NCBI GenBank assembly: GCA_030390025.1
Contig: CM059432.1
Location: 13,454,001 to 13,518,000 of the forward strand
Direction of reading: 5' to 3'
DNA from: Squalus acanthias
Taxonomy: Eukaryota
Length of the DNA stretch: 64,000 nt
Shown here: positions 36,201 through 51,200 of the stretch, piece after piece
Numbering within the stretch: position 1 is the first letter of the stretch
Layout: each line of letters begins with the position of its first letter
The notes under the pieces: generated by a model
Database searches by the model: none
Told to the model about the DNA's origin: nothing
Seen by the model: only the letters and a program-made list of their open reading frames with translations
Position numbers and translations under genes: made by a program

Positions 36201-39200
36201 CTACATAAGCTCTCTTCTTTAACTAAAACAATTCCACTCAGTTAGTTCTTCTAGGTATCAAAGACCGAAGGAAACTTGAATGCCAATCAAGTCAAACCTT
36301 CTGTAGAGATTTGAAATTTGTCCAATATTTCTGCACTGGTGCTTTGCAATACTGCATTGCTTCTGTAAATGCATCTGTAAAAAGGAACTGTTTTATATGT
36401 TCAATAGGGAGGTAGTCCAGTAGCAGTGTTTCACATGTTTTGAAAGTAGTCCAGGAACAGTGCTTTGCGCATTTAAAAATCTGTGTAGTCTCTGGGTGGT
36501 TTTGCAAAGAGATGTGGTCATAGCCACTGTCTAAGGTTTTGTGGTAGACAGCTATGGAGTGGGTACAGTAAATAATTCACTGCATCCCTTTTAAAATGGA
36601 AATTTAATTCCAAATAAAAATTCTGTGGTGAAGAGAATAGATGTTTCAACTAATTCAGAAAACATTTTAATATAAAGTTAGCTTTTTATTGTGGATCATG
36701 AAGGCCCTGGGTTTTGTTTCTAGTCTCTGCTGAGTTAGTCAGTGTCCTTGGCTTGGATAGTGATTAGGGACTGCTGGTACCATCAATACCTCATGCTGAA
36801 AGTGTGCATGTTTACACACCAGTGAAGATGAGATCAAGTTTAGCTGTGATGCCACTGCAGTCAAATAATGCTCACCATCTGGCTTCATATATGAACTCTG
36901 GCCAATTGGATAAAGTACCAGGAAGCTAACGGGTACCTGTGGAACTGTACACCAGCATGTGGAACTGCCTTCAGGAAAGGAATGGTGAAGGGAGAGTTGG
37001 GAGGGTAGGGAGAGGCTAAAATTGGAAATGAGGCATAAATGGTGAGTGTTTTAAAAAATCGGTCTTGAGCTTTATTGCACAATAACTTTATTATTGTATT
37101 AAAAGATTTTTGATTTTTAAAAATTTCTGTTCCTCAATACTTTCAGGACGTCGTCCCTCAAGCATTGCTGGATCAATACCTTTCCATGACTGATCCTTCG
37201 CGTGCCCAGACTGTTGATACAGAGATCGCAAAGCACTGTGCTTACAGTCTCCCTGGTGTGGCCTTCACTTTGGGCAGGCAAAACTGGCACTGCCTGAAAA
37301 ATACGTATGAGACATTAGCCTCAGATATGCAGGTATGCATTCCTGAAAATAGATGATTATATATGCTTCTACATTCACAGCTGTTTTGATAGAATAAAAA
37401 CTTGCAATCAAAGTTATTTCTATTCAACTCTTAATGAGCTAACCAGTACCAGGACCACCCTGAAGGTCTGTGCTGATAATTTCATCTGGGTATTTGCAGC
37501 TTTAGGGCATTGCACTTGGCCTCAGTGCCCTGGGCTAGAGATGTGAAAAGTACAAATGTGGACATTGGGTGAGAGCAGGATTGAGTTTGGCTATGATATC
37601 CTCCACAGCACAGTACCCAGCTGCAATGTTCCCCCTTAGCTGCGCGACCACGCAGTAATCTCAAAGGTCCCCGCGCAGGCCGCTCACCGGCTTTTGCATT
37701 GTAAATACCGCACATGCACAGAAATTTAAAGGGACCACGCATTAAAAGAAACAGGCCGCGCAGAACAAAGCACAGCTTACAGGGAACATTGCCCAGCTGA
37801 TGCTCACTGGCTGAACTCACACGTGAAGAAGGCCAAAAGTGGATAAGTATCAGCGGGCTGCTAGTGCCTTTGGAACCATATCCCAGCACGTGTCCCCTTT
37901 ACTTGTGATGGGGAGGATTATTCTTTTGGTTGCATAATGCAACTCCATGCATTACATTGAGTGTTCAGGCGTATCATTAAAGAAAATTGGAAATGGTGTG
38001 TGTTTATAAAGTGTTTTTTACATTTAAACTGAAACTTGGGCTTTTCTTTTCATTGAACGTGTATGATTTGAGCTTAGAATCTGTCGTAGCATTAAGGAAA
38101 ATATTTGATATTGGGCTGGGTGGCGCAGTGAGTTAGACACTTGCTTTTCGCTTCTGGGGCCTGGGTTTGGATACAAGGTCAGATTGGTGGGCTGAAATTT
38201 CCCTTTTCTGCTGCCTGGAGATAAAAAATAATATTCAGGCTGTTTCAAACTGGTTTCGAGTGTTTGTGAACCCTCAGCCCCAAATTTTGGCATTAAATTG
38301 CAATGTAAAGAAATAGTAAGTGTTGGAAAATTCTAAAAGTTTTGAATCTCGGGCGAAAGTATTTTGTTAGCGAAGAGTAAAAGCTGACTTGTGTGCAGCT
38401 CTGTGTGGTGTACCTGATATGAAATACTTGATCCTGATACCAGGTTAGAAAATTGGCATCGTGTTTCAATCTCTAGCATTGATATCTTTCACGGCGAATG
38501 AGAACAAAATTCATCTGTTTAATGGTTCCAACTTTGATTTAAGTGCATAAAATGTAAGGATTTACTTTTTAAACATCCAAATTGATCACTTTTTGAGGGA
38601 AAACCAAATGCAGAAAGACGGTTTTTGTACTGTGTATAGAAGTGATCATCTTTGAGAAACAGAACCTTGTGTGTCGAGGAGTAGTCTCCTCGTGCATTGT
38701 TCGGCTCCTCTGGTTTCAACGTTCCCCCGCCTTAGTTTTGGAAGAGAAACAGTAAATTTAGCAATACATCTGATATGCGGGGGGGGGGGACTGGAAATGC
38801 ACACCAGGTTGATTAGCATCTGGAAGATTTGTGTAGTGAGTTAAATATGCATACGTTAATGTTTAGTACTGTGTTCAGTGTCTGCTTGCTTTGCTTCAAG
38901 TATTCCTGCTTTACTTTTTCCAGTGGAAAGTTCGAAGGACTCTTGCATTCTCCATTCATGAGCTGGCAGTCATTCTCGGAGACCAGCTAACTGCAGCAGA
39001 TCTGGTTCCTGTTTTTAATGGTTTTTTAAAAGATCTTGATGAAGTAAGGATAGGAGTCCTGAAACACTTGTATGACTTCTTAAAGGTAATTTCTGAATTG
39101 GAGTGATCGCAATCTGTTAAACTCACAGGAACTAGAAAGTGACTGGGTGATGCAAGGTTTTAGCACCCTGTCCTTATACATCTGGGACTTGGATTCACAT

Positions 39201-42200
39201 ACAGCCTATATGGATGGGATGGAAGTCTTCTCTTTATGGCTGCAGGGATCCTTCCTGAAATTAGTTTGTACAGTGTCTTTCTCGTGGGTACAAGACCACA
39301 GTACAAAACTGACCATAATTTGACACTGAAGTGACAATCTCAGTCAGAGGCCAGAAGAGCTCAGTGAATTTAGAGTAAGTAGCTGAGTATTAAAGACCAG
39401 GAAGGTCGCAGGTTTGATCCTTGGTCTACTGAATCAGTGATCTTCACCTGGGGTGGCAGTAGGGGCATTGCAATCTGTCTCCGTGCCTGTGGTTTAAAGA
39501 AGGGAATATCAGCCACGGTTCCTGCTCCTAATGTCTGTTGAGCTCCCCCTGTTTATATTGTGCATATGTGAACAGCGAGTGATGATAGAATAGTGTTGCC
39601 TACTATGTCAAGCAGCCTCCCAACACTAACTGAAAAGGCCCACACATGATTGTTGGCCAGAGTTATCAGAGTTCCCAATGCTTTGGGAACTGTACCCTCC
39701 CCTCCCCCAGCAAGGAGACAATCCCTTCAAAAGATGGGAAGAGAAAACTTGTGGAAAAATTGGCCACGGGTGGAAAAAGAAACCATAAGGACAGAGGTGT
39801 AGGATGTGAAAAAATTGAAACTACTGAAGTACGGGGGTGTTTTTCTCAGACCTTGGGTCAAAGCCATACTGGAGTATCTTAGGAGCTTTACTCCACATGT
39901 GGCTCACGTTGTACCTGAGCTGGAAGTGCGTGCCATGGGCACTGGGTCACTAAGGTGGAAAAGTATTCCACTCTCCAGTGAACTGATCGCACAAAAGCTC
40001 ACTAACTATTTAAGTAGATATCAGTAAGTATAGAAAGTAGGAAAAGTCAGCTTAGAAACCGTAATTAACTATTTTGAACTAGGACACGGATGTGGTTGTG
40101 AACATTGATATCTGACACATTAAATTCTAAAAGTTAATTCTGAAAACTTGAATATTTTATTACAGCTTAATCTAGTCTGCAGTAATCAAATTTGTGCCAA
40201 TTGCTTTTTTTTTTAATGTTCCTGTATACCCACAATGCAAGTTAGATCGTCCTTTTTAAAAGTGTCTGCCTTCAGATCATGTTTTTTTTTCCCCCCACAG
40301 TTGCTTCAAACAGAAAAGAGAAGGGAGTACCTCTCTCAGCTCCAAGAATTTATGGTAACAGATAACAGCAGGAATTGGCGCTTCAGAGCTGAGCTTTCTG
40401 AGTATGTGCTTGAACCAGCAAATATTTGAACATTCAGTAGCTTTGTTCAAGACCCATATTTTCCTTTTTTTTGTTGACTTAAGTGGACTGATTTTAAAAA
40501 ACATCAATAACTTTCCCATATAATTAATTCATCCCTCAAATTATTCTAGGATTTAGCTCTGGACAAACTTACAGCAGTCTTATTTTTCTTTACTATTCAG
40601 TTAAAATAGCAACTTAATTGCTTGATGCTTAAAGAAACTTGAAGGAACGATTGCATTTTTTTGATCATGTAATCCAATTCTCCGCAATACTTGGCTGTAT
40701 AAAAACATAAAACTCAACTCCACTTTCCTGCCCGATCCCTATATCCCTTGATTTTCCCCATGAGTCCAAAAATCTATCTATCTCCGCTTTGAATATACTC
40801 AACAATTCCACATCCACAGCCCTTTCGGGTAGCGAATGCCAAAGATTCACAACCCTCAGTGAAGAAATTCCTCCTCATCTCAGTCTAAAATAGCCGACCC
40901 CTTATCCTGAGACTATGCCCCCTAGTTCTGGACTATCCAGCCAGAGAAAACAACCTCACAGCATCTACCTCGTCAATCCCCCTCAGAACCTTATGTTTCA
41001 ATGAGATCACCTCTTATTCTTCTAAACTCCAGAGAGTATAGGCCCATTCTACACAATCTCTCCTCATAGGACAACCCTCTCATCCCAGGAATCAATCTAG
41101 TGAATCTTCATTGCACCGCCTCTTGTTATGCTCCAACCCTGTCTTTCTTTTTAAGCTTGTTTTCTCCCCAGACCACGCTCCATCTGAAACTTGAACAACA
41201 GGTGAGAGACCCTCTCACAGGCCTCTTCCAACGTCACTTTGTGTTGGTCACTAGCTGCTGTGCAGGAGCAGCCCAGTGAAGCGTGCGTCATCTCTCCCTT
41301 CCTGGTACTTAAATTATTCCAGTCATTTGAGATTTTGTAATTGGAAACTGATAGCAAATTCTCTCGCCAGCCGTGGTCTGAATGATGTGAACTGTTGCTC
41401 AGAGTTTGTACTGAGAGCAACCTCTGGGTGATGCAGTGCTTGCCTGAATTGTGGATTGATGGTTCTCCAAGATAAATCTGGTATATAAGCTTCACATCAG
41501 TCTGTTTACACAAGCCTGACCTGCCGGAGGGCAGAACATTATAGTTTTTAACATTGCCCATAAGTGAGTAACACAGGATGATTTGAGGCTACATTGGCTA
41601 CAAATTTACAGCTGCAGTAAAAATTACAGAAGGAATTTGGCCAATCATGCTGGTGCTAGTTCTTCAACAGGAACTATATTTTAATCCCATTTCCCTGCCC
41701 TTTTTCCATAACCTTTTATATTTGTCTTTTCACATACTGTACTTTTAGGGGCATTCTGGTCTTTTGCAATCGTTCGTGGTAAAGCATTCAGTGTTCTAAT
41801 AACCCTTTGTGAAATAAATTCTAATTTCCCCTTCATTCTTCTACTGAGAATCCTGGCTTTATGCCCCCTTATTGCCAATTTATCCCCTCATAATTTTGAA
41901 AACCTTTTTTGGATTGCCCCTTAACCTTTGCTGTTTCATTGGGGGAGAAACAGGTTTTTTTGAGCTTTTCTTTGTAATAACTTTTCAAACCTATACAATT
42001 CTACTGAATCTTCACTGTACCTTTTCTATGACTTTAATATTCTTACTATGATGGTATTCCCAGAGCTGCATGCAATACTCCAACTGCGGTCTAATGAATT
42101 TCAAAATAAGTTTCTTGCTTTTGTATTCTGTGTTGCCAGACAGAGAATTGCATTTGTGTTTTTACGGTCTTTTTTTAAAGATCGATATATCTGCACCACT

Positions 42201-45200
42201 AGAGATCTCTCTCGCCATTCTTGCTGTTTAGGGTATACTGCCTTTCACTTATTTCTCAAGTATTAGTTCACATTTATCTGCATTCAGCAGTTTCTGCCCA
42301 CTCTGCTGACCTAGTCTAGTCTACTGGGGCCCCCAAACTCATAGAATCCATAACTCTATATTATTCCTGTGTTCAAATCCAGAAGGATACACTGGATAAC
42401 TACAGACCAGCGAGTCTAACAGTTTAACATCAGTTGGTTAACTCTTCGAGTCCATAATATAAAATAAAACTTAAAAATGCATGTTAATCAAGGGCATCCA
42501 GTACATATTTGTTAAAAGCAAGTCTGTTTAACAAATTTAATAATTTTTGACAAAGGGACTAGATTGTTAAAGGGAGTGCCATAGATGATGTGTATGGATT
42601 TTTAGAATGTGATGAGCTGTCTGAAGAGGTTTGTTAAGAGAAATTCAGGTATATATAGCAGTATGGATGGAAAGTTGGTTGACTGACAGGACACAGCTAA
42701 CGACCTATAATTAGGGGTCTGGCAAACCGCCTGGAGGGTTGTAAAAGACTTCAAGATGATGTAGAAAGGGACTGACTGGATTGCTCTAGAGAGCCAGCAC
42801 GGACTCGATGGGCCGAATGGCGGCCTCCTGTGCCGTATGACTCTGACTATATGACTATGAAAGGTTAGCAGAATGGACTGAAAGGTGGACGATATATTTT
42901 AATGTTGATAAATGTGAGGTAATACATTTTGAGGAAAAGCAAGAAATGGGAGTATACGCCTAATGAGAAGACACCTAGGGTGTGGTTGAACCGAGACCCA
43001 AAGGTTCAAATACGCAATTCCCTGAAAAGTATGAGTGAAAATAGATAAAGATATTTTAAAAAGGCAACCAGCATTTTGGGATTTATAAATAGGAGAATAA
43101 AGTACAAGAGTAAAGTAATAAATTTGAACCAAACATTGTACGGCCACAACTAGTACTTTTATGCAGCTTTGTCCATCCATTATAGAAAGGACATTAAAAC
43201 GATAGAGAGCATGCAGAGTAGATTGACCATGATATTGTGGGGCTAGCGAACTACAATTATGAAGAGAGGCTTAAGGTACTAGGATAATTTCTGCTGGACC
43301 ATAGAACTCTAAAAGGAGGTTTAAGAGGTTTTTAAAATTATGAAGGGTTTTAATCGAATAAATACAGAAACTATTTCCTCTGGCTAGGAGTCTGGGCAGA
43401 GATTATTGGACATCATGGGTCGGAGAGGAATTTTCCAGGTTATATTCCCCTTAATTGGTCTGGGGTTTTTATCTGGTATTTTGCATCTCTGAGGGTGTCA
43501 CATGGCTCTGGATGGGGTAGGTGTGTATATATTGTGATGCACAGGGCATCACAAATGTATAGGATAGGCTGGATGGACCAGTAGGTCTCTTCCTGACTGT
43601 CATTTTCTATATGGGTTGCACATTAGTTCTGAGAGTGAGGAGAGGTTAGAAGAAATTTCTTCATACAGAGGACTGTTGAGCAGAGAATCCTTTGGAATAC
43701 AGGAACAGGCCATTCAGCCTTGAGCCTGTTCCGCCATTCAAATGAGCTCATGGCTGATCTGTGACCTAACTCCATATACCCACCTTTGGCCCATATCCCC
43801 TAATACCTTTGGTTAACAAAAAGCTATCAATCTTGCATTTAAAATTAACAATTGATCTAGCATCAACTGCCTTCTGCGGAAGAGAGTGCCAAACTTCTAC
43901 CACCTTTTGTGTGTAGAGGTGTTTCCTAATTTCACTCCTGAAAAGTCTGGTTCTAATTTTTAGACTATGCCTCCTAGTCCTAGAATACCCAACCAGTGGA
44001 AATAGTTTCTCTATCTACCCTATCTGGTTCCCCTTAATATCGTGAAAACTTTGATCAGATCACCCCAAGGCCACTATATCCTTCCTAAAGTGTGGTGCCC
44101 AGAACTGCACTCCGTACTCCAGGTGTGGTCTAACTAGGGTTTTGTATTCAGCCCCTGCAGCTTCTCTTTTATACCCTTGACCAGCAAAAATCTATTGATC
44201 TTCAATTTAAAATGACTAATTGAGCTAGTATCTACTGCTTTTTGTGAGTGCCACCCTTTGTGTGAAGTAGTGTTTCCTAACCCCTCTCCTGAATGGTCTG
44301 GCTCTGATTTTAACATGATGTCCCCTTGTCCTAGACTCCCTCACCAGCAGAAAAAAATTCTCTCTATCTACCCTATCAATTCCTTTGAAAATCCTAAAAA
44401 CCTCAGTCAAATCACCCCTTAACCTTCTATATTCCAGGGAATGCAAGCCTAGTTTATATAATCTCTTCTAATAATCTAACCCTTGGAGCCCTGGTAACAT
44501 TCTGCCACAGGGAATGCTTGAGGTTGAAATAACTACATCTTTTAAGGGAAAATTGGATAAATATTTGGAACAGAGGAAGATGCAGGATTAGGGAGACAGA
44601 GTAATAGCGTTAATTATGGATTGCTTTAGCAAAGAGTCAGCACAGACATGGTGGGAAGAATGGCCTGCTTGTGCTGCAAATGTCTATGGTTCTATGTACC
44701 TAGTGTAGGTTTTGGTATTCATACTGATCTCCCTAATTAGTCTACATGGTGTGGGTGGGTGAAGGTGAAGTCATTGGAAAGCAGTTCTGCCTCTTATTTG
44801 ATTTCAGTATTGAATTTAAATTAAAGGTCATTTGAGAGATTGAAAACCAATCTTTTGGAAGAATTTTGCTGACATTAGAAGAAATAAGCCTGGGAACTCT
44901 TGTAAGTTTTAAATGTTATGTTGCAAGTAAACTGTGCCTCATGGCAGTATTGCAACTATAAATATGACACTTCATATCTTGGTGATTACAAGTGTTGGGT
45001 TTAGTTAAATAATAGTATTGAAGTGTAAATTGTAGCAGTAGAGTTACATAGCCTCAAAGTCCATAACAAATTTAAGTATCCTCCTTGTCCCTAATAAAAG
45101 CACTGAGTCAATGGGTAGTCTAAAAACCTAAGCTTTGTTGCATTTTTGGAGACTCTAAAGAATACGCTGTTAATTAAACAAAAGCAAAATACTGTGGATG

Positions 45201-48200
45201 CTGGAAATTGGAAATAAAAACAGAAAATGCTGGAAATACTCAGCAGGTCAGGCAGCATCTGTGGTGAGAGAAACAGAGTTAACGTTGCCAGTCGATGACC
45301 TGACCAGCTGTTAATTGGCCTGTCTTGGTAATTTGTATACACCTCGTATCTAATGTGTTGATTGTAGTTGTGAAACGAGCGTGATTAAAAACACGTTCAG
45401 TCAGGTGATAAAACATTGCGAGAGCTAGCATTGTCTAAGCTCAGAAATTTAACATGCAGGAGGGTAGTTTGGAATCATAGAATGGTTACAGCACGGAAGA
45501 AGGCCATCGAGCCCGTGCCAGCTCTCTGCAAGAGCACTTCAGCTAGTCCCACTCCCCCGCCCTTTCCCTGTAGCCCTACAAATTTTTTTCTTTCATGTAC
45601 TTATCCAACTTCCTTTTGAAAGCTGTGATTGAGTCTGCTTTCACTACCCTTTCAGGCAGTGCATTCCAGATCCTAACCACTCGCTGCATAAAAAAGTTTT
45701 TTCTTGTCACCTTTGGTTCTTTTGCCAATCACATTAAATCTGTGTCCTCTGGTTCTCGACCCCTCTGCTAATGGGAACAGTTTCGCTCTCTCTACTCTGT
45801 CCAGACCCCTCATGATTTTGAACACCTCTATCAAATCTCCTCTCAACCTCCTCTGCTCTAAGGAGAACAACTCCAGCTTCTCCGGTCTATCCACGTAACT
45901 GAATTCCCTCATCCCTGGAATCATTCTTGTAATTCTTTTCTGCACCCTCTCTAAGGCCTTCACATCCTTCCGAAAGTGCGGTGCCCAGAATTGGACACTA
46001 TACTGCAGTTGAGGCCGAACCAGCGTTTTATACAGGTGGTTTATCATTTCCATGCTTTTGTACTCTATACCCCTATTCATGAAGCCCAGGATCCCGTAAG
46101 CTTTTTTAACTGCTTTCTCAGCCTGCCCTGCCACCTTCAACGATTTGTGCATATGTACCCCCAGGACACTCTGTTCATGCACCCCCTTTAGTATTGTACC
46201 CTTTAGTTTATATTTCCTCTCCTCATTCTTTCTACCATAATGTATGACTTCGCATTTTTCTGCGTTAAATTTCATCTGCCATGTGTCCGCCCATTCCACC
46301 AGCCTGTCTATGTCCTCTTGAAGTCTATCACGATCCTCCTCACTGTTCACTATACTTCCAATTTTTGTGTCATCTGCAAATTTTGAAATTGTGCCCTGTA
46401 CACCCACATCCAAGTCATCAATATATATCAAGAAAAGCAGTGGTCCTAGAACCTACCCCTGGGGAACACCACTATACCTTCCTCCAGTCCGAAAAACAAC
46501 CGTTCACTGCTACTGTTTCCTGCACTGAGCCAGTTTCGTATCCATGCCGCCACTGTCCCTTTTATTCCATGGGTTTCAACTTTGCTGGCAAGCCTATTAT
46601 GTGGTACTTTGTCGAACCCTCTCTGTTACCTCATCAAAAAAACTTGATCAAGTTGGTTAAACATGATTTGCCTTTAACAGATCTGTGTTGGCTTTCCTTA
46701 ATTAATCCACACTTGTCCAAGTCCCTGATTATTGTTTCTAAAAGCTTCCCCACTACTGAGATTAAACTGACTGGCCTGTAGTTGCTGGGTTTATCTTTAC
46801 ACACTTTTTTGAACAAGGGTGTAACATTTGCAGTTCTCCAGTCCTCTGGCACCACCCCTGTTTCTAAGGAGGATTAGAAGATTATGGCCAGTACCTCCAC
46901 GATTTCTTCTTTCACTTCCCTCTACATCCTAGGATGCATCCTATCCGGTCCTGGTGACTTATCTACTTTAAGTACAGCCAACCTTTCTAGTGCCTCAACT
47001 TTATCAATTTTTATCCCATCCAGTATCTCCTCTACCTCCTCCTTCACTATGTCTATGGCAGCATCTTTTTCCTTGGTGAAGACAGATGCAAAGTACTCAT
47101 TTAGTACCTCAGCCATGCCCTCTGCCTCCATGCGTAGGTCTTTTTGGTCCCTAATTGGCCTCTTCCCCCTTCTTCCCCCCCCCCTCCTTTTACTACCCGT
47201 TTACTATGTATATGTCTATATAAGACTTTTGGATTACCTTTTATATGTTAGCTGCCATTCTATTCTCATACCCTCTCTTTGCCCCTCTTCTTTTTTCACT
47301 TCTCTTATAAATGTGAAGTTATCCACTTTGGTAGAAAAAACAGAAAGGCAGAGTATTTCCTAAATGGTGAAAGATTGGGGAATGCAGATGCTCAAAGGGA
47401 CCTGGGTGTCCTTGTACATGAGTCACTGAAAGTGAATCTGCAGGTGCAGCAAGCCATTAGGAAGGCAAATGGTATGCTGGCCTTCATTACAAGAGGATTT
47501 TGAGTACAGGAGTAAAGAAGTCTTACTCCAATTATATAGGGCCTTGGTGAGACCACACCTGGAGTACTGTGTACAATTTTGGTCTCCTTACCTAAGGAAG
47601 GATACACTTGCCATAGAGGGAGTGCCACGAAGGTTCACGAGATTGATTCCTGGGATGGCGGGACTGTCGTATGAGAAGAGATTGAGTAAACTAGGCCTGT
47701 ATTCTCTTGAATTCAGAAGAATGAGAGGGGATCTCATTGAAGCATACAAAATTATTACAGGGCTTGATAGGATGGATGCTGGGAGAATGTTTCCCTTGGC
47801 TGGGGAGTCTAGAACCAGGGGTCCACAGCCTCAAGATAAAGGGTAGGGCATTCAGGACTGAGATGAGAAGAAATTTCTTCACACAGAGGGTGGTGAATCT
47901 TTGGAATTCTCTACCCCAGAGGGCTGTGGAGGCTCAGTCATTGGGTATATTCAAAACAGAAGTCGATAGATTTCTGACTAGTAAGGGTATCAAGGGATAT
48001 GGCGATAGGGCCGGTGAATGGAGTTGAGGCAGAAGATCAGCCATGATCTCATTGAATGGCGGAGCAGGCTTGAAGGGCCTAATGGCCTACTCCTCCTATT
48101 TCTTATGTTCTTATGAACTTTCTATATTCCGCCTGATTCTCAGATGTATTCTCGACCTGTCATACGCCCCCATTTTCTGCTTCATCTTACTCTCTCTTTC

Positions 48201-51200
48201 GTTATCCAGGGAGCTCTGACTTTAGTTGCCCTACCTTTCCCCCTAGTGGGAATGTACTGTGACTGTACCTGGACTATTTCCTCTTTAAAGGCAGCCCATT
48301 GTTCCACTACAGTTTTCCATGCCAATCTTTGATTCCAATTTACCCGGTTCAGATCCATTCTCATCCCACTTAAATTGGCCTTCCTCCAATTAAGTATTTT
48401 TACTCTCGATTGCTCCCTGTCCTTTTCCATAGCTAATCTAAACCTTATGATATGATCACTGTTCCCTAAATGTTCTCCTACTGACACTTGCTCCACTTGA
48501 CCTACCTCATTTCCCAGGACCAGATCCAGCAATGCCTCCTTCCTTGTTGGGACGGAAACATACTGATCCAGAAAGTTCTCCTGAACACACTTCAGAAATT
48601 CTTCCCCCTCTCTGCCCTTTATACTATTACTATCCCAGTCTATATTGGGATAGTTGAAGTCCCCCATTATCACTACTCTATAGTTCTTGCATCTCTCTGT
48701 AATTTCTCTGCAAATTTGCCCCTCCATCGTTTTCCTGCTAGTTGGTGGCCTGTAGAATACACCTAGTACAGGAAACTCTTTCGTATCCGGCACCTATGGG
48801 ACCGGGATGGTGTCGGTTGATTAAAAATTCCAGATAACGGAGAGGTATACCTACCAAGGCAATTTATATATCGGCCGACCTCAGACCAGAAGAAGGGACA
48901 TGGAGTGACAATGGCCCAAGGTACGAGAGCCCTGGTCACCTGGCCGCAGGTGCAGGAGCCCCGGCCACAGGTGCAGGAGCCCCGATCACCAATATACAGT
49001 ATACGGAAGCCTCAAAACCTACTCCTGAATTTTGCCGGTTATTAGAGAATTCCGGATAATTAGGTGCCGTTTAAACAAGAGTTTCCTGTAGTGTAATGGC
49101 ACCTCTATTATTTCTTAACTCTAGCCATATAGATTCTGTCCTTGACTCCTCCAGGACATCCTCTCTCTCCAGCACTAACATTCTCCTTAATCAATACTGC
49201 CACACCACCTCCTATCTTTCCTGAACACCCTATATCCAGGATTATTTAATACGCAATGCTGCCCTTTTTTGAGCCAGGTCTCCGTTATTGCCACATCATA
49301 TTCCCATGTGGCTATTTGCGCCTGCAGCTCACCAACCTTGTTTACTATGCTAATCTAAACCATAGGAATTGTTTTGTTTTCAAGTAAGATAACCCACTGA
49401 TGTAGGGAATTGTAGTATATTCCTTATTTTGTGTTGAAGTGAAGAAAAGCTGTTTGTATGATGTGAATCCAATCTTAATTGTTCACTTGCTGTGCAGTAA
49501 AACAGCCGAATGATTCGTAACTGGCCTCATCTCAGTGTTTTCTTGTCTGCCTTCAAAGAAATTGAAGATGCACATGTGCATGTCATATCCAGTTCAGATC
49601 ATCCTGAGTTCTGCTAGAATAGCTGTGCAGCATTTGTCATCCTCCAGGCCTTTAGCATAATTCCAATTGTATAGAATTTTGGGGAAAATCATGCTTTGTG
49701 CCTCTGCTAGCTCCTCCCCTGCTGGCTTTTTTTTAAATCGCATTAACTTTTGTAATACAATTGAATATTTATCTCCAGTGGTGGCTTATCCACATCCCCT
49801 TCAGTCGCTCCTATTGTCCCCCTCTGTAAAACTAAGGAAAAATACTTACGTAACACCTCGACCTTTTCTCACTGAAGTGCAAGGTGGCACCTTTCACCTC
49901 CAGGTGGTCCCACCACTTTTTTTGACTGTCCTTTTACTGACGAGACGTTAAACAAAGGCCCCGTCTGACTGTTCAGGTGGATGTAAAGAATCTCCCCGCC
50001 CTATCCAGTGATGAGTAGGGAGGTTTCCCAGTGTGATGCCCAACATTCTTCCCTGAACCACCAACACCAAAAATGATCTCATCAGTCTTTAATGTTTGTC
50101 GGGTCTTGATCTGCGCAAATTAGCTGCTGCATTTGCCTACATAAAAGCAGTAACTACAGTTCAACAAAAAAAGTCCATTGATTGTGAAGTGTTTTGGGCA
50201 ATCCTGAAGGCGTGATAAGGCACTATCTGAGTGCAAGTTCTTATAATGTACTTCCAATATGGTTTATCCCTTTACTATGAAAGGGTGGTAGAGACAGAAA
50301 CCCTCATCGTATTCAAAAAGTACTTGGCTGTGCACTTGAAGTGCCGTAACCTATAAAGCTACGGACCAAGAGCTGGAAAGTGGGATTAGGCTGGATAGCT
50401 CTTTAGCACCGACACGATGGGCCGAATGGCTTCCTTCTGTGCCGTAAATTTTGATGATTTCTTAATTTGACCCCAACAGACTGAGCATATCCATCATTTT
50501 AAAACATTCCTGTCTGACATTGTAATTTAATAATGCACCTTTCATCTCTCTTTTTAACTGCTCTCCTGAATTTTATAGCAGAGAATATTTAGTTTCTAAT
50601 CTTGGCCCAGCTGAAGCAAGGTTTTTGTCTCGAACTTGTCCTACTGCCGTAGCAGCCTGCAAGTTTCCTTTTTTACACCATGATGTGTCTAATCCGCTTC
50701 TCCCTTACTGGCCAAGTACATAGCACTGGGAGTAATTCCATGAAAATTAAGTCTTTGGTATTGCAATTTACATTGATTTGATTCTATAAAATGAATAAAA
50801 TATCAAAGTTCAAGCTGCTCCACCCTTCGAGTGGCATATTGGTACTCCCTGAGTGAGTTTCTCATTTTGTTCATGATATCAGTCAAAGGTGATGGCTGGG
50901 TGTTTCCCCTAGTGAGAGGTGAATCTGTTATGGGTGAGGCACCCCTTTAGCTGATCATGCATCTCCTTGTGGTCACAGAACAGCTTTGGCGGAGAGCATA
51001 TTGTCTGTTTGCACAACCTGTTGGTCAAGGCGTGGGTCATGGTAGAGGGGAAAAACATTTCGAAATGGATCTCATTGAAGAATGAATGTGGCCTAAAACA
51101 ATATGCAATTGTATTCTCATTTTCTCTTTCTCTCCCCTTGCTGTCTTTCTCCTGTTAGTTCTCTCTCTCCCTCGTATGTCACTCGCGTGCCATTCATTCT

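Larger units (their letters stand above)
45472..49350 (-). mobile_element. Long CR1 LINE covering most of ORF2 (endonuclease plus RT), disrupted, with two nested insertions
   Basis: [24 protein letters not shown] (48182..48793). [27 protein letters not shown] (45673..47131). Confidence 0.95.

Noticed and set aside
45280..45310. Second possible hammerhead in Penelope remnants (also about 25970-26030)
   Set aside because: The CUGANGA and GAAA cores are mutated or missing.
45673..48793. RT and endonuclease ORFs as an active or domesticated gene
   Set aside because: Fragmented by stops, frameshifts and two nested insertions. The RTE at 27524-30243 is likewise broken by frameshifts.
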